A program made the translations under genes and the position numbers. From the human T2T-CHM13v2.0 reference genome, Homo sapiens: 64,000 bases of DNA. Numbering within the stretch: position 1 is the stretch's first letter; each line of letters begins with the position of its first letter. The notes under the pieces are model-generated. The model did no database searches, had not been told where the DNA came from, and was given only the letters and a program-made list of their open reading frames with translations. Of the stretch, positions 46,965 through 60,905 are shown piece after piece. The DNA lies in NCBI RefSeq assembly GCF_009914755.1, contig NC_060933.1. One strand, written 5' to 3'.

Positions 46965-47290
46965 CATTTATTTTCAATTTAATTCATTTAAATATGCTAA
47001 TGGAGTACCTTACATATTTCAGGCTATATGTGAGGCATGAGGAGTTACATAGAAGTATAAGACATATTCTCTGCTTTCAGGAAGACTTTATGGAAGAAAT
47101 GGCTTTGAAGTTGGCTTTGAAGAACAAGTGGGATAGTTAGATTAGAAAAGGAAAGAGAGGAAAGGCATTTCAGGCCAGGCAGCAGCATGTGAAACAGCAT
47201 GGATTCAGAGGCTTGAATTGTCATGTTCAGACTACTAAATTGACAGTATATGTGAACCATAGGGCAAGTGGGAGGAGAAGTAGTATTTGT
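46965..47290 (-). mobile_element. L2 fragment
   Basis: TTCATTTAAATATGCTAATGGAGTACCT...GCATTTCAGGCCAGGCAGCAGCATGTGAAA. Confidence 0.55.
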
Positions 47291-47899
47291 AACAATTCAG
47301 GTAGGACTTATTCTCTGCTGGCTGCCTGATAAAAACCTGCCTTTTCAAGTTCTTCATTTCTAGTGAATCTGTCTCCTCTGCTCTAATCCTGAACATGGCC
47401 TGTTTCCTAATCCTAATTAAGTGGCATTTGGTATCTCAGGGGAGAAAAGTCATCTCTTTTGTACTAATAATTACTATAGTTAATTATATTATAAAGTTAA
47501 TTATATCATAAAGATAACACATGCCTAATTACATCAAATATAGCCTACACTCGATTAATTATTGAAACAAATATTTGGGGGCATATACTCAGCATCACGA
47601 ATAGTGTAATCATTAAGCCTATAGACTTAAGAATTGAACAAATTGTTTACCATATGTAACTCTCACTTCTTCCACCTTTAAAATGAGAAGAACTCTGTCT
47701 CACCAGATAGTTTTTGAAAATTGAGATAAATCTTTTAATGCATCTGTCTTGGTTGCTTTCATTTGCCACCTCCCCTCCTGACTCTGTCCCATTCATTCTT
47801 TGTCCTTCTTCAAACTACTCTGTGCCTCAAGACTGATCCCTACCCACTTTATGGCATTACATTCAACCCTCTTTTTTTCTGTCTCATGGCCTTTACTCC

Positions 47900-48128
47900 A
47901 CAACGCCAGTTTTCACTGGGCCACAGAATCACTTATTCTGCCTCTTGTCCTTCAGGCTTAAGTGTCAGAATTAATGGCTTTCACTCCTTTGTAGCTCCTG
48001 GGAACTTCAATATCTATTTTTGGTTTTCTTATCTTTGCCCAGTTCTCTGTAAATAGTCCCTTCATTAATGACCCTTGAGTTAAAACCATCTGAGTAAATT
48101 TTGTTTCTTGCAGGATCTTGACCGATGA
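47900..48128 (+). mobile_element. LTR33-like ERVL LTR 3' part
   Basis: TGTCCTTCAGGCTTAAG...TCTGTAAATAGTCCCTTCATTAA...TGTTTCTTGCAGGATCTTGACCGAT. Confidence 0.6.
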
Positions 48129-48469
48129 AGAATGTGATCAACAGTTTGCATCTAGCACATAGCTTACATTAACTAAATCTTAGCTATTTTTCACTTTATT
48201 CATTTTTTTCAGCCTTGTTTGGTGGTGTCTTTCTTGTGCTAAGTTCATTAAATTATAATTAAATGTATTTCATTCTATCTCAACCACCTAAGTTATTCTG
48301 ATTTGTGGATCAAAGGCAAATATCCATCAATTTATGACTTAAGCCAAAAAAGCAATGAATATTTGAGTGGAAGACCTTTTTCCCCACGTCTGGGCCAATT
48401 GAGAAATAGAATCTGAAATCAAGGATCAAAATATCAGCTTTTAAGTAAATAATCTGCTTTACCTTTTAA

Positions 48470-48932
48470 GGTAAACTTTTATTTATTTATGATCATGAGA
48501 TTCACTTGAGTTGTTGCATGTAGCAGATCTTCATATTATCTGTATTCATTCATTTTACCTTGGATGGACATTTGTATCCTTGTATGTGGGGGCTTTTTAT
48601 TAATACTTCTATGAGTATTTTTGCATATAAATCTATGTATATTTCTGTTGGGAATGGAATTGCTGGCTCAAAGGGTATGCACATATTATGCTTTAACTCC
48701 GCTAAACAGGTTTTCACAGTGGTTATATCAATATATGAAAGTTGTAATTGTTCCACATCCACATTAACATTTGGTATTGTCACTCTGTTCCACTGTAAGC
48801 ATCCTAGTGGGTATCTACTGGTATCTCACTGTGTTTTTTTTCCTTGAGTGCATGTGTGTACATGCAGGATGTGCATATGTGTGTACATGTATCATTGTGG
48901 TTTTAATTTGCCTTTCCATAATGACTAATGTC
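48470..48932 (-). mobile_element. L1ME 3' fragment
   Basis: GGAATGGAATTGCTGGCTCAAAGGGTATGCAC...CATTGTGGTTTTAATTTGC. Confidence 0.75.
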
Positions 48933-48940
48933 ATACATGT

Positions 48941-49270
48941 TGTCTTACTTATCTACTGCTGTATAACAAATCATCTCAAAAGTTAGAAGCTTAGACACTA
49001 ATCGTTTTACTATCTCACAGATTCTGGAGATCAAGATTTCAGGAATGCCTCAGTTGGGCAGCACTGACTTGGGGTCTCTCACGTATTTGCCATTTGATGG
49101 TGGCTGGAGCAGCTGAGGGATGACCAGGCATCTCTTTCTCCATTTAGTCCAGGTTCTTTGTTTGGGCTCCCTCAAGCCTGATGACTATAGAGCAATCAGA
49201 CTATTTTCTTGGTGGCTGAAGGCCTCAAGAGAGAGTATTCTAGTGAACAAAATTGAATATATATTGTCTT
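48941..49270 (-). mobile_element. MLT1 (MaLR) LTR
   Basis: TATCTACTGCTGTATAACAAATCATCTCAAAA...TCTCACAGATTCTGGAGATCAAG. Confidence 0.7.
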
Positions 49271-49289
49271 TTTTTCCAACGCTGTGTTT

Positions 49290-51280
49290 TGATTCAACTG
49301 TCCAAAATAATTTAGAAAGCTCAAGAGAAGGAAAGCCTAATGTATTTACTCATATTTTTGCTTCTTACCTTCCTGATGTTTCAAGATTGCTTCTTTTTTA
49401 TTTCCAAAGATTTAGAGAATTTCCTTTAGGCATTCTTGAGAAGTAGGTCTGTTAGTAGCAGGTTGTTTTGCTTTTTATATGTCTGATAAAGTCTTTCTTT
49501 CCCTTTCATTTCTGAGGGATTATTTTACCAGATATAAAATTCAGAGTGGATTGTTTTTTTCTTTTATTTACATACTTGAAAAATGTTATGCCATTTCCTT
49601 CTGGCCTCCTTGATTTTTGATGAGAAATCAGCTGTCATTCAAACTATTTATCCACCATATGTAAGGTGTCATTTCTTTCTTGCTGCTTTAAAGGTTTTCT
49701 TTGTCTTTACTTTTCAAAAGTTTGATTATGATGCATCCTGGCATGGATTTCTATGGGCTTACCCTTTTGGGACTATGCTCAGCTTCTTAGGCCTGTATCT
49801 TTATATCTTTTGCCAAATTTGAATACTTTTTCAGCCTTATCCTCTTTCTCTTCTCTTTCTGGAACTCTAATGTCAGATCTTTTGTTATAGTCCTACAAGT
49901 CCCTGAGGTTCTGTTTTGGTTTTTGTTGTTTTAGTCTATTTTTTCTCTGTTGTTCAGATTGGTTAATTTCTATTGTTCTATCTCCAAATTCTGATTCTTT
50001 CCTGTATCTTTGTCACTCTTCTCTTGAACCCATCCAGTGAGCCTTCATTTCAGTTAATATGTTTTTCAGTTCTAAAGTTTCTTTTGGTTCATCTTTATTA
50101 TTTCTATTACTTTGCAGAGACTTTCCATTATTTCATGTGTTTAAAACATTTGTAATTGCTCATTAAAGCTGCCTTAACATCCTAGTTGAGGTAGTTATAA
50201 TATCTGTATCATCTTGGTGTTGGCACTTATTGATAGTCTTGTCTTGTTCAAGATGAAATATTCCCAGTTGTTAGTATAATGTTTTATCGAAACCTGGGCA
50301 TTTGGGTATTATGTTATGAGATAATGGATCTTATTGATATTTTCTATTTATCAGGTCTGCTCTTGTACCACAACGAGGGAAGAGAGGGGCACCACAGTGC
50401 TACTACCAGGTTGGGGTAAAAGTTCAGGTTAAATACTTGGCCTTCTTTGACACTCCAGGGCAGGGGTAGGAATGTTTTATTATTGTTGAGTGGCAGTGGG
50501 ATTTCAGGATCCCTATTAGACCTCCACTGATATCACACTTGCTGGGAAGGAGAGGGACATCTTGTTTCTGGTCTCCATGTGGCCTCTACTCACAGAATAG
50601 GAAAAGGGAAGAGAAAAGCCTTGTTACCCACTGAATGGTGGTAAAAGGTCAGGCTTCTGACTTGTCCTTCTCTGATACAAAAAGGGCGAGAGCTGCTTTA
50701 TTGCCACTGGGTAGGAGGTGGAAGTTCAGGATCTCCACATGGCCTTCAGTGATACCATAGGGTGTTGGGGCTCATTACTCCTGGGCTGTGATGAAATTAC
50801 CAGTTCCCTACCTTGTATTTTTTGATACCAACTGGGCTTGTTTGGGAGGCAAAGGTTGCTTCATTATAATCTTATTAAGTATAGTCTAGGCTCCTACCTG
50901 GACTTTGAGAATGGAGGTTTTTGTAGGGCTGCCACTTTTCCATGTTGTTTGGGATAAGGTGATACTACCTAAAAGTTTTCTGTCTTATTAGGTTGCCTCT
51001 GTCCTGGTACTTCAGCTAGACAGAATTCGTTTTTTCTCTTTGTCTGCTCCCATTGATATTTCCAGGTTGCCAACTTCTCCATCTCCAAGTCTGAGATAAA
51101 TGTGGCAAACAGAAAACCAGGAAACTTACTGCCATCTTATTCTTTGGGTCCAAAGGTCCCTGCAGCTCTGTCTTTATCTCTTACCTTTTCAGTGTCTTCT
51201 TACATTTATTTTACACATAAGGTCCAGAAGTTTTCAGAATAATTAGTGAGAGGAATAGGGAGAAGTGACTCTATTCTATG
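49290..51280 (-). mobile_element. Ancient L1M ORF1/5' region
   Basis: CTTCTGGCCTCC...GATGAGAAATCAGCTGTCATTC and TTCAGATTGGTTAATTTCTATTG. Confidence 0.7.
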
Positions 51281-53245
51281 TTGGTCAGTCAAGTTTATTT
51301 TTGGTGGAAAAAAAATGTCCACTGCCTGGGTGCTAGGTCTGAATGTGCTTTTTGCTGCTTCTCCCCTGTACTGAATTTACCTATCTAGTCAGGTATAGAG
51401 CATCTCAACAATCCAGATATTCCAGGAGAGAAAAAAGGAAAGAATGTGTGCAATCTGTAGGGCAGATAGATTCTTAGAGCCGGTGATCCTCCCCCTGGTG
51501 ACCTTCATTCATTCAGATAAGGACTTCCTTCTGTGGATGACAGGAGAGAGGGCAGAATATTTTCTTTTAATACTTTCAAGAGACTAGCAGCTCCTATTTT
51601 ATAGTCAGATGCCCATAGAGTGAGCGAGGGAATTGTTCCTCCTGCAATCAGGAACTGAGGTGGGGGGAAAAAAAGACTTAATTTGCATATTATCTCAATA
51701 TGTAAGTGCTTTTTGGAAATCTATGTTCATGAACCTATACACCAGTGAGATGACAACTACCTAGATTGTGCTGAAAATTGCCTATTTGGCACTGATACTT
51801 AACATTTTATACTATAATTGTGTACCATAATCCTGCTTATATGCCATCTCTTGATTTGCCTGTGACTCTGAGGCATTGTTGCTGAGCTACTTCATGCCCA
51901 GAGCACAAAGGCTACACTCTTTTCAGAATATCGAGGTAAGTAGTTTTTAGCAACTCTGTGTTGCACTCTGCAGAGGGATAGGAGAAGTAGCTCAAGTGTT
52001 GGCAACAATTAAAGATGACAGTGATACAGGAAGAGACTATCACCTGAAACAAAGATGAAAGCAGAACTTAGAAAAAGAAGTGGCTTCAAGCTCAATACTG
52101 CCAAAGTCCACAGGGCTGTCTGATGCTCTTCTTTAAAAACCTAAAGCTGTCTTGCACTTGTGCCTTCCGTAGGTAAAAAAAGTGCACATTTTTAAATACC
52201 ATAAGTGGGCTGGAATTCTTGAGTTTCCCTCTGGCCTATATTTTGTAATTATCTTTCAACATTCTTTCAGGAAAACACTTAACTGAATTTCTGCAATCAT
52301 CTTTTCTGTTTGAATTTGCAGTTACATACAGGACATACACATTCTTGCCATATTGATCCAGCAGCCCATAAAAAAGAGACAAAATTTTTTGTTTCCTTGT
52401 TTTGCAAAGTTGAGTAAGTGTGACAGAGCTGATCAAATATAGAAATGTAATGCTTACAACTGTGCTTAGTTGTAAAATTTTCTGATGTCTTATGTCTGTG
52501 TTCATTATCAATTGCAGCACTATTGAATAAAATGTAAAAGTCTCAAATATATTTATTCTTTATTGGGATAAAAAAATCAATGTTTCAGGTCTGAAAACTC
52601 ATGACAATAGCAAGCAACTTATCTCTTTGAAGAAGCAAAAATATGTGATTTTTCCCTTAGTATTTCCAACATTGAAAATGTATTCTTATCTAGCAATGTC
52701 AGTTTAAGGTCTTCATATAAGACAATATTAATTACTTAATCTCATCATATAATATCCTTATTTGTACCATATATTGATTCTGTTAACCTTTCACACCTAT
52801 TCGATTATTCAATTTCCACATTAATTTGTAGCATAGTAAATAAAGGCATCAAACAAATGAATACATGTATTTTTAAATTATACAAAAAATCTGAATATGC
52901 TTGCAGGAGTAAAAATTCATTTTCTAATAGAAGTAAATAAAATAAAAAGCTAAAGTCTCTCATTATTCAATTCCCAACTTCTATAATATTATTTTCTTCT
53001 CTGGCTGTAACCCTTAATAATTTGCTCTATATGCCTTCAGAACCACACACGTATATATGTGCATATATGCATATGTATGTATATATTATACTCACACATG
53101 CATATACACATTTTATAAGATATCACTGTAATTAATGGTTATGCAACCTGCTTTTTTCATTTAAGTACAGCACATAGAAATCTTTCTTATTTTTTTAAAC
53201 AATTGGATGGTATTATTAAAAAAAAACCTATTTCTCTATTGATAA

Positions 53246-53555
<310 letters not shown>

Positions 53556-53569
53556 ACAATTTTTTGTTT

Positions 53570-54230
53570 TTATTCATCCAATCATTCCATGGTTTTTATT
53601 GATTTCTTTTTATATGCCAAATCTCCACTAGGTGCTCAGATCTCCAAGAGCTCAGATTCAAATATGGGAAATAGAAAAAAAAGAAGTAAATCAACATTAC
53701 AACTTTTGTTCAATGCAACAAAGTAAACAAAGAGGAAATCGAGATAATGGGAGAATCCACATTAGATAGTGTTCAAGAGAAGTGGTATTTGAAATCCAAA
53801 GAACAAAGACACACCCTTCTGAAAAGGGGAGGAGAGAGGCTTCAAAGCATGGGGTAGCATATGCAGATGTGCCATAGCAGGAGCTTGGCATGTTCAAAAA
53901 AATGAAAGAAAGCTCATGGTCTAAGAGGTGCTGAGAGAGGCAGAGTGTGGCAGCTGTTGCACGGGGACCAGATGGTGCAGCACCTTGTACACCACAGTAA
54001 GATGTTTCGATCATATCTTACATGAAATGAAAAGCCACCAAGCAGTGAACTGATACAACATAATGTATTTTTAAAGAAGATTTTTGGCTGCTATGTAGAA
54101 AATGAACTAGAAGCAGGCAAGAGGGAAAAACAGAAAGGGTCATTATATTCAACCAAAAATGATGAAAAACTAGATTAGAATCATGCAAATAGAAATGAAG
54201 AGAAATGTATGAATTTGAGGTATATTTTTC
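53570..54230 (-). mobile_element. L2 fragment
   Basis: TTCATCCAATCATTC...TTTTTGGCTGCTATGTAGAAAATGAACTAGAAGCAGGCAAG. Confidence 0.6.
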
Positions 54231-54589
54231 AGTTAAAAATTGTGTTAGAGTTGATGAACTACAGTAGTTAACTTTTCCAACTCAGCAATATGGACTTCTC
54301 ATTCAACTTACAGTCGGCTTTTCCAACTCAGCAAGGCTTCAAATTATGGAATTCTCAGCCTCAGGCAGAGAGTATTAGCCAGCTATATTTCATTTCACTT
54401 CTGTTTTCAGTTAGGTTCACCAAGTTTACTAGAGGGTTGTACCATGGCTCAGGAGCACATTTTTGAGAACTGTGACAAAATAAATAATTGAAGCTTTGTT
54501 CATTTGCAATAAGATCACATATGAGTCCCAGGTCTCCAAGTTTCCATATAAAAATAACGCATTTATAAAAAAAAAACTCATATTTTTAA

Positions 54590-55097
54590 TTTTAAAAAAT
54601 TGTAATAAAATGCACATAACATAAAATTTACCATCGACCATTTGTAAGCATACAGTTCAGTGATTACATTCATATTGTTGTGAACCATTACTACCATCCA
54701 TTTTCAAAACTGTTTTCATCTTACAAGATCAAAACTTTGTACCTATTTTACAATAATTCCCCATTCTCTCTTCCCCCAGCTCCTGGCAACCAACATTGCA
54801 CTTTCTCTATTATTTTGGCTACCCTAAATATCTTATATGAAGGTAGAATCATTACAGTATTTGGCTTATTTTACCTAGCATAATGTTTTCAAGGTTCATC
54901 CATGTTGTAGCATGTTTCAGAATCCTCTTCCTTTTTAAGGTTGAATAATTCCACTGTGTGTACCACAATTTGTGTATCCTTTCATTTATAGACAGATACT
55001 AAGGTTGATTCTATCTTTTGGATATTGTGAATAATATTGTTATGAACACGGGTGTACAAGTATCTCTTAGAGATACTGCTTTCTATTATTTTGGATA
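54590..55097 (-). mobile_element. L1MB 3' fragment
   Basis: CACATAACATAAAATTTACCATC...CAAGGTTCATCCATGTTGTAGCATG. Confidence 0.85.
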
Positions 55098-55534
55098 AAA
55101 GCCTCTTATGATTTATATTTATCTTTCTTTACTGATAAATTCACATTTTTATACTGCCTAATGCATGCAAATCAGAAATCATGAAAATGAGGGGCCAAAA
55201 GTGTTTCTTGTAACAGTGTAATGTCATAGAAATGTGTACAGAATGTAGTCATTGCAGCACAGGTAAAAGCTTAGGGCCAATTCTTTGTAGCTTTTTGATC
55301 TTGGGGAAGTTAACTTTTCGGAATCTCAATTTTCTCATCTATATAATGGGACAATGATGCCTTCTCAACATACAAGAAAGCTGTTGTAAGGATCAAAAGG
55401 GAAAATGTAAGGAAAGTACTTTATAAAACTGCAAAGCAAAATGTAAATATAATATTAGGTAATAGATAAGCAGCTTTTTGAATCTGAAAGCTGCCCAGTG
55501 ACCATCATTAAGGTTTCTTTTTGTCTTGTTTTAA

Positions 55535-55820
55535 ACATATTTAGCAAGTTATAACTCACATACAATACACTACACATGTTTAAAGTGTACAATTTGTTAA
55601 GTTTTAGCATATGTAGATGCCTATGAAACCATAATTACAGTCAAGATGAGGAACATATTTATCACCTCCAAAAGTTTCATCTCCTTCCTAATCCTTAGCG
55701 TGCTCCCCCCCCATCCCACAATCATCACCAGGCAACTGATAAATTACTGTCTCTATAGATTTGTTTGCATTTTCTAGAACTTTATTCAAACGGAAATATT
55801 CAGTACATACTCATTTGTTT
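55535..55820 (-). mobile_element. L1MC/MD 3' fragment
   Basis: TTTAAAGTGTACAATTTG...TCACCTCCAAAAGTTTC...TTGCATTTTCTAGAAC. Confidence 0.75.
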
Positions 55821-57311
55821 GACAGCATAGGGTTGCAATGCCCTAGTTCCCCCTCTTACTCATTAGATGATGTTTTATGACCTCATCTGACCCTGCTGAC
55901 TTCCTCATGAAAGAAAACCAAGGAGAAAAGGACCTAGAACCCCAACAGGGACTAAGTATTCAAGCATTGTTAAGTATTTATGCCATATCATCTAAGTTGT
56001 AAGAACATCTGAATCATTTTAAGAGACTGCTACTTTGAAATTAAGTAAGGGTAGAAAAGGAGATAAACTGATAAAAGAGCAAATGTGAAGGTATAAGAAC
56101 GTTCATTGAAACTTGAAATGGTAAAAATAACTGAAAAGAATTTAAGTGCTCATTAATAAGTGATTGATTAAATAACAAGTAACAACCATGTAAAAATGTG
56201 CTCTGCATTCATTGCCATTAAAAGATATGGCTAAAGATGTAGAATGCATCCTGGAGGGATAACCACCCAGATGTTGACAGTGGCTCTTTTTATGCCTGAA
56301 TAATGAGACTGGTGGTGGTAGTGATGATATTGAAAAGGGATCTTTCCTGTGGCACTTGAATTTTCTACAAAAACCAATATTTTATTTGAAAACAGAAAAA
56401 TTACTTTAACACAAAATAGTCCCTGAAAAGCATGAATAAATGCTATCATACCAGCCAGATCTACTCTTAGGCATTAAATTCAAAAACACAACCATAGATA
56501 AATGTTTGCAAGGGATTATATACATAAATATTAACAGTAATTGTCTCTGGATGATGAGATCAAGTGTTGTCTTTACTCTTTAAATTTCTGTATGATCAAC
56601 AGTTGAACCCTAACCCTGTATCCGTGATAATAAAAAATACCTTTCATTTTGAAAGTAAAATAGAAGGAAAAGGCATTCTAACCTGCATTCAAGTCCATAA
56701 GGTAAAAAAGAACAGTCCTATATTTTTGGATTGCAGTAAAGGAAAAAATGTTAACTACTTCTGGTATAATAATGGACGTGTTTGTGTCTCAATCTTACAT
56801 TTCTATTCAGTATTAAATAGATTTTCTAAATATAATGGTTATTTTTGTCACAGAAATGCTGGCAATTATTGCAGTGTAGGAAATCAATATCAAACTCTCT
56901 AACTACTGCACTAAGAAACTCATTCATTGTAATGAATTCTCTAGTGTTATTGAAGAACTAGTGAATTTAATAATAGTATCTATTCATATCAGTTGTTGAT
57001 TCTAAACTGCCAAGCCATTTAAGGATATAGAGCAAATGAAGATAATTTTTAAAAGAAGTTACAAGTATAAATAACCATTTTCTATTTTATTTAAACCCAT
57101 AAAAGGATTTTTTAACATATTGAACATGGAAAGACATTATAAATTAAATGAAAATACTCTTCTGGGGTGAAGAATTTGAAAAAGCTTAAGACTAAATCAA
57201 TCCTTTGCCTCAATCTTTCTGAGGAGGGATACGATTTTCAATCATCTTTTGGTAGAGACAAAATTAAACAGTGGCAACAGAAAAATTTCCAGAACTAAAT
57301 GAGAGTTCTGA

Positions 57312-58026
57312 TGAGAGGTGAAGCTGGCTGGGCTTCTGGGTTGGGTGGGGACTTGGAGAACTTTTCTGTCTAGCTAAAGGATTGTAAACACACCAATCAG
57401 CACTCTGTGTCTAGCTAAAGGTTTGTAAATGCACCAATCAGCACTCTGTAAAAATGCACCAATCAGCACTGGGTCTATGTAAAGGTTTGGAAATGCACTA
57501 ATCAGCTCTCTGTAAAAACACACCAATCAGCATTCTGTGTCTAGCTAAAGGTTTGTAAACGCACCAATCAGCACTCTGTAAAAATGGACAAATCAGCACT
57601 CTGTAAAATGGACTAATCAGCCCTCTGTAAAATGGACCAATCAGCAGGACGTGGGCGGGGCCAAATAAGGGAATAAAAACCGGCCACCCAAGCCCACAGC
57701 AGGAACCTGCTTGGGTCCACTTCTACACTGTGGAAGTTTTGTTCTTTCGCTCTTCATAATAAATCTTGCTGCTGCTCACTTTTTGGGTCTGCACTACCTT
57801 TATGAGCTGTAACACTCACCACGAGGGTCTGTAGCTTCATTCCTGAAATCAGCGAGACCACGAACCCACCGGAAGGAAGAAACTCCAGACACATGTGAAC
57901 ATCTGAAGGAACAAACTCCGGACACACCATCTTTAAGAACTGTAACACTCACCGCGAGGGTCTGCGGCTTCATTCTTGAAGTCAGCGAGAACAAGAACCC
58001 ACCAGAAGGAACCAATTCCAGACACA
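57312..58026 (+). mobile_element. Solo LTR12 (ERV9), short form
   Basis: TGAGAGGTGAAGCTGGCTGGGC...GGAACCAATTCCAGACACA; TG...CA ends; 4-bp TSD CTGA; CCAATCAGCACTCTG repeats, GC box, AATAAA at 57672 and 57758. Confidence 0.95.
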
Positions 58027-58264
58027 CTGAGATATCTAAAAAATATTATCTTCAAAGACTGGGACCATCTCTTAATCACCTTGAAATCTCATCTTCTAGC
58101 TAGCAGAGAACTGTTAAATTACTAAATAAATGAATTGTGGAATTACCAACTAAATGTTTAATCTGCCGAATAGGTTATTATGGTGGAGTAGTGACAATAT
58201 TATCACTTAGTAGTGCCAATAATATTAAAGTATTCACCCCTCAAAATACTCTAATTAAACTTCC

Positions 58265-59540
58265 ATTATTTCTATTCTACTAAAATTACTTTTGCCCTGG
58301 TCATCAATTTGTCAGAGCCAGTGGTCCTTACTGTACTGTTTAACAGTGTTTGGTAGACTAGATTGCGCTTTCCTTCCTGAAATTCTTTGCTTTGCATCTT
58401 TGACACAACATTGACCTTTCCTTTCTCACTTTCCTTTATCAGTTTCCTCCGTTGGCATCTCCTCATCCAATTAATCTGTAAGTGTTAGTGGGCTGCAGCA
58501 ACCAAGATTGACCCCTTTCCCTATTTTTCTCTTTTTTGTCACACTCCCTTGATCTCAACTATATACTGATGGTGTCATATACACACTCACAGCTCTGATC
58601 TCTCCCTATTTCTAAATTCGGTTGTCTGTCTATTTGGCATCCCTAGCTAGATTTCTGATAAGTATTTCAAACTTAAAATGTCCCAAAGAAAACTTTGGAT
58701 TTCTGACTCTGACCCCAACCCAAACTTTCCTTACTGCCAGTAAGTGGTATAACCTTCCACCCACTTTATTGAGCCAAAAAACATAAGACTTATCTTTGAT
58801 TATTTTCTTTTCCTCATTATCTTACCACAAGCCCACCTTCAGTTCATGCTGGAATTGAGGATATATACTAAGTTCTCTCTTGCCTGTCTGCCTTCCAACT
58901 ATTATTTTTGTGCAAGCAATCATACTTCCCCTACACTAAAACAAAATTCTCCTAATTGATGAATTCTCCTTTTCTCCAGTCTTTCCATCCACCTACATCC
59001 CCATCTATCTTCCACAAATAATCACATTTCAATAATATGCTTTAGATACTGTTGTTCTGCTTAAAACCACTGATGATTTTCTACTTCATGTATAGTAAAA
59101 TAAGTGATTTTTACCAAAGCTCACAAGGTCGAATATGATCTTGTTTCTGCCTACCTTCTCAGCCTCATCTTTTTGAATTATTGCCTTTACTACGCTCTGT
59201 AGACCCACTGGACACCTGTTCATTATGTTTTCCAAGACTAATTTCACCATAGATTCTTTGCATTCGCCATTTTTGCACAGAGAATGTTTTCTTCCTCTAC
59301 TCCTCCTTTTATGAGAGGCCTCTATCTTAAAGCTTAGATATCATATTCTTAAAGAGCCTTTCTCTAATTATCCCACCAAAAGTTCCTTCTCCTTCCAGTT
59401 ATTCTTTATCATATTCCATAGTTTTGGTTTATATTCATATTACTTTTAGTTTATATTCATTTATTATTGAAAATTATCTTATTTATACATTACATATTTA
59501 TTTTCTAGCTCTATGACTACAATGAAAGCTTCAGGAGAGC
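58265..59540 (+). mobile_element. L2a-like LINE remnant
   Basis: TTTCAAACTTAAAATGTCCCAAAG...CTGCTTAAAACC...TCTTGTTTCTGCCTACCTTCTCAGCCTCATC. Confidence 0.7.
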
Positions 59541-59650
59541 CAGAATTCTAACAAACTCATCTTCCATTTCTATTTAAATTGGTGGACTTTATCCTATTTA
59601 TTTACCAGATAGTTTCATCCAAAGGAGATAAGAAAAAGATCTATGAACAC

Positions 59651-60083
59651 TGTAAAAAGAAAAACTTCAGCCGAATTAAAATTAAAGGAGTTTAATTGCA
59701 CAATAAATGATTTATGAATTGGGCAGCCCCCAGAATCAGAGCAGATTCAAAGACACTCCAGCATAGCCACGTGGTAGAAGAAGATTTATAGACAAAAAAA
59801 AAGGGAAATGATATACAGAAATGCAAAGTGAGGTACAGAACAGCTGGATTGGTTACAGGTTGGCATTTGCCTTATTTGAACACAGTTTGGACACTCAGTA
59901 GTGTATGAATAGTTGAAGTACCGCCACTGCAATTGGCCAAGACTCAGCTATTGTTACATGGGCATACTCCTAAGTTAGGTTTTCAATGTTGTCTACCTAT
60001 TCAGCTCGGTTGCAGTTTGTCCACAAGGACTCAAATGTAGAAGTACAGAGTCCTTCTCAGGCCACGTTTAGTTTGCTTTAACA
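59651..60083 (-). mobile_element. Solo MER57A-type LTR (ERV1)
   Basis: Reverse complement starts TGTTAAAGCAAACTAAACGTGGCCTGAGAAGGACTC and ends TTCGGCTGAAGTTTTTCTTTTTACA. Confidence 0.9.
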
Positions 60084-60449
60084 AAACTTACTCATTTATT
60101 CATCCAACATTTATTTATGGCCATGCACTATGCTAGGCACTGAGAATGTGGTAGTGAAAAAACTGATTTAACTGTGGATACTCTGAGGAATAGGATAATT
60201 TAAATGGAGAGAGGCAGGAAAGTCTACGATAAAATATCATTTTGGCTTAGATCTGAAAAATAACTAGGAGTCAGGAATAAGTAGACATGTAGATCAGGAT
60301 ACCAATAAAATAATTATTGGTGCTTTAAAAAATCTTATGGCAAATTTTATATTAAAAGCTATCAGAAAATAATTATGAGTCATACAAATTGAAAGTGATG
60401 AAGTATTCATTATAATTAATTAACTTTCTTAATCTTAATCTTAGTTCAT

Positions 60450-60905
60450 TTGCTTTCAAGGTACCATCACTGTGATCTTCCCACTGGAATTTATCACGCA
60501 CTCCATACAACATCTTTTCCCCCTGTAGACACTTACAACACCATAGAGTCTGCCAGATTCTATTGACCTCATTTCAGGGCTGCTTGAACTATGACCTAGC
60601 TCTGTTTCAGAGACATTCCTATCTGAGTCCCACTCAAAGATGGTTGTTTGTTGCTGTCATTTTACACTTACAGTATTTGAGCCTGAGTAGTATTCCGGAG
60701 TAGGTGTAAAATCTGCTATCTTCATTACTCAAAGAGGGTTGCCAAGCATTGTGTTTCCTCCTTTTTTGTAGAAGATGCACTGTGCAATAACTTGTTTTTA
60801 CTTTTAGAGGGGATGTTCCACAGTGTCCCTAACAACTGGACTCCTAAAAATTTGACAGATGTAGCAAACATTGAATCTTTGTAGAATTATCTCCTACCCT
60901 CTGAA
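60450..60905 (-). mobile_element. ERVL RT remnant
   Basis: Minus strand reads ATSVKFLGVQLLGTLWNIPSKSKNKLLH...TKKEETQCL, similar to ERVL STSVKFLGVQWCGACRDIPSKVKDKLLH. Confidence 0.8.

Noticed and set aside
60450-60720. Apparent + strand exon after TTTCAAG at 60460
   Set aside because: Sequence is explained as an antisense ERVL RT remnant; no sustained reading frame
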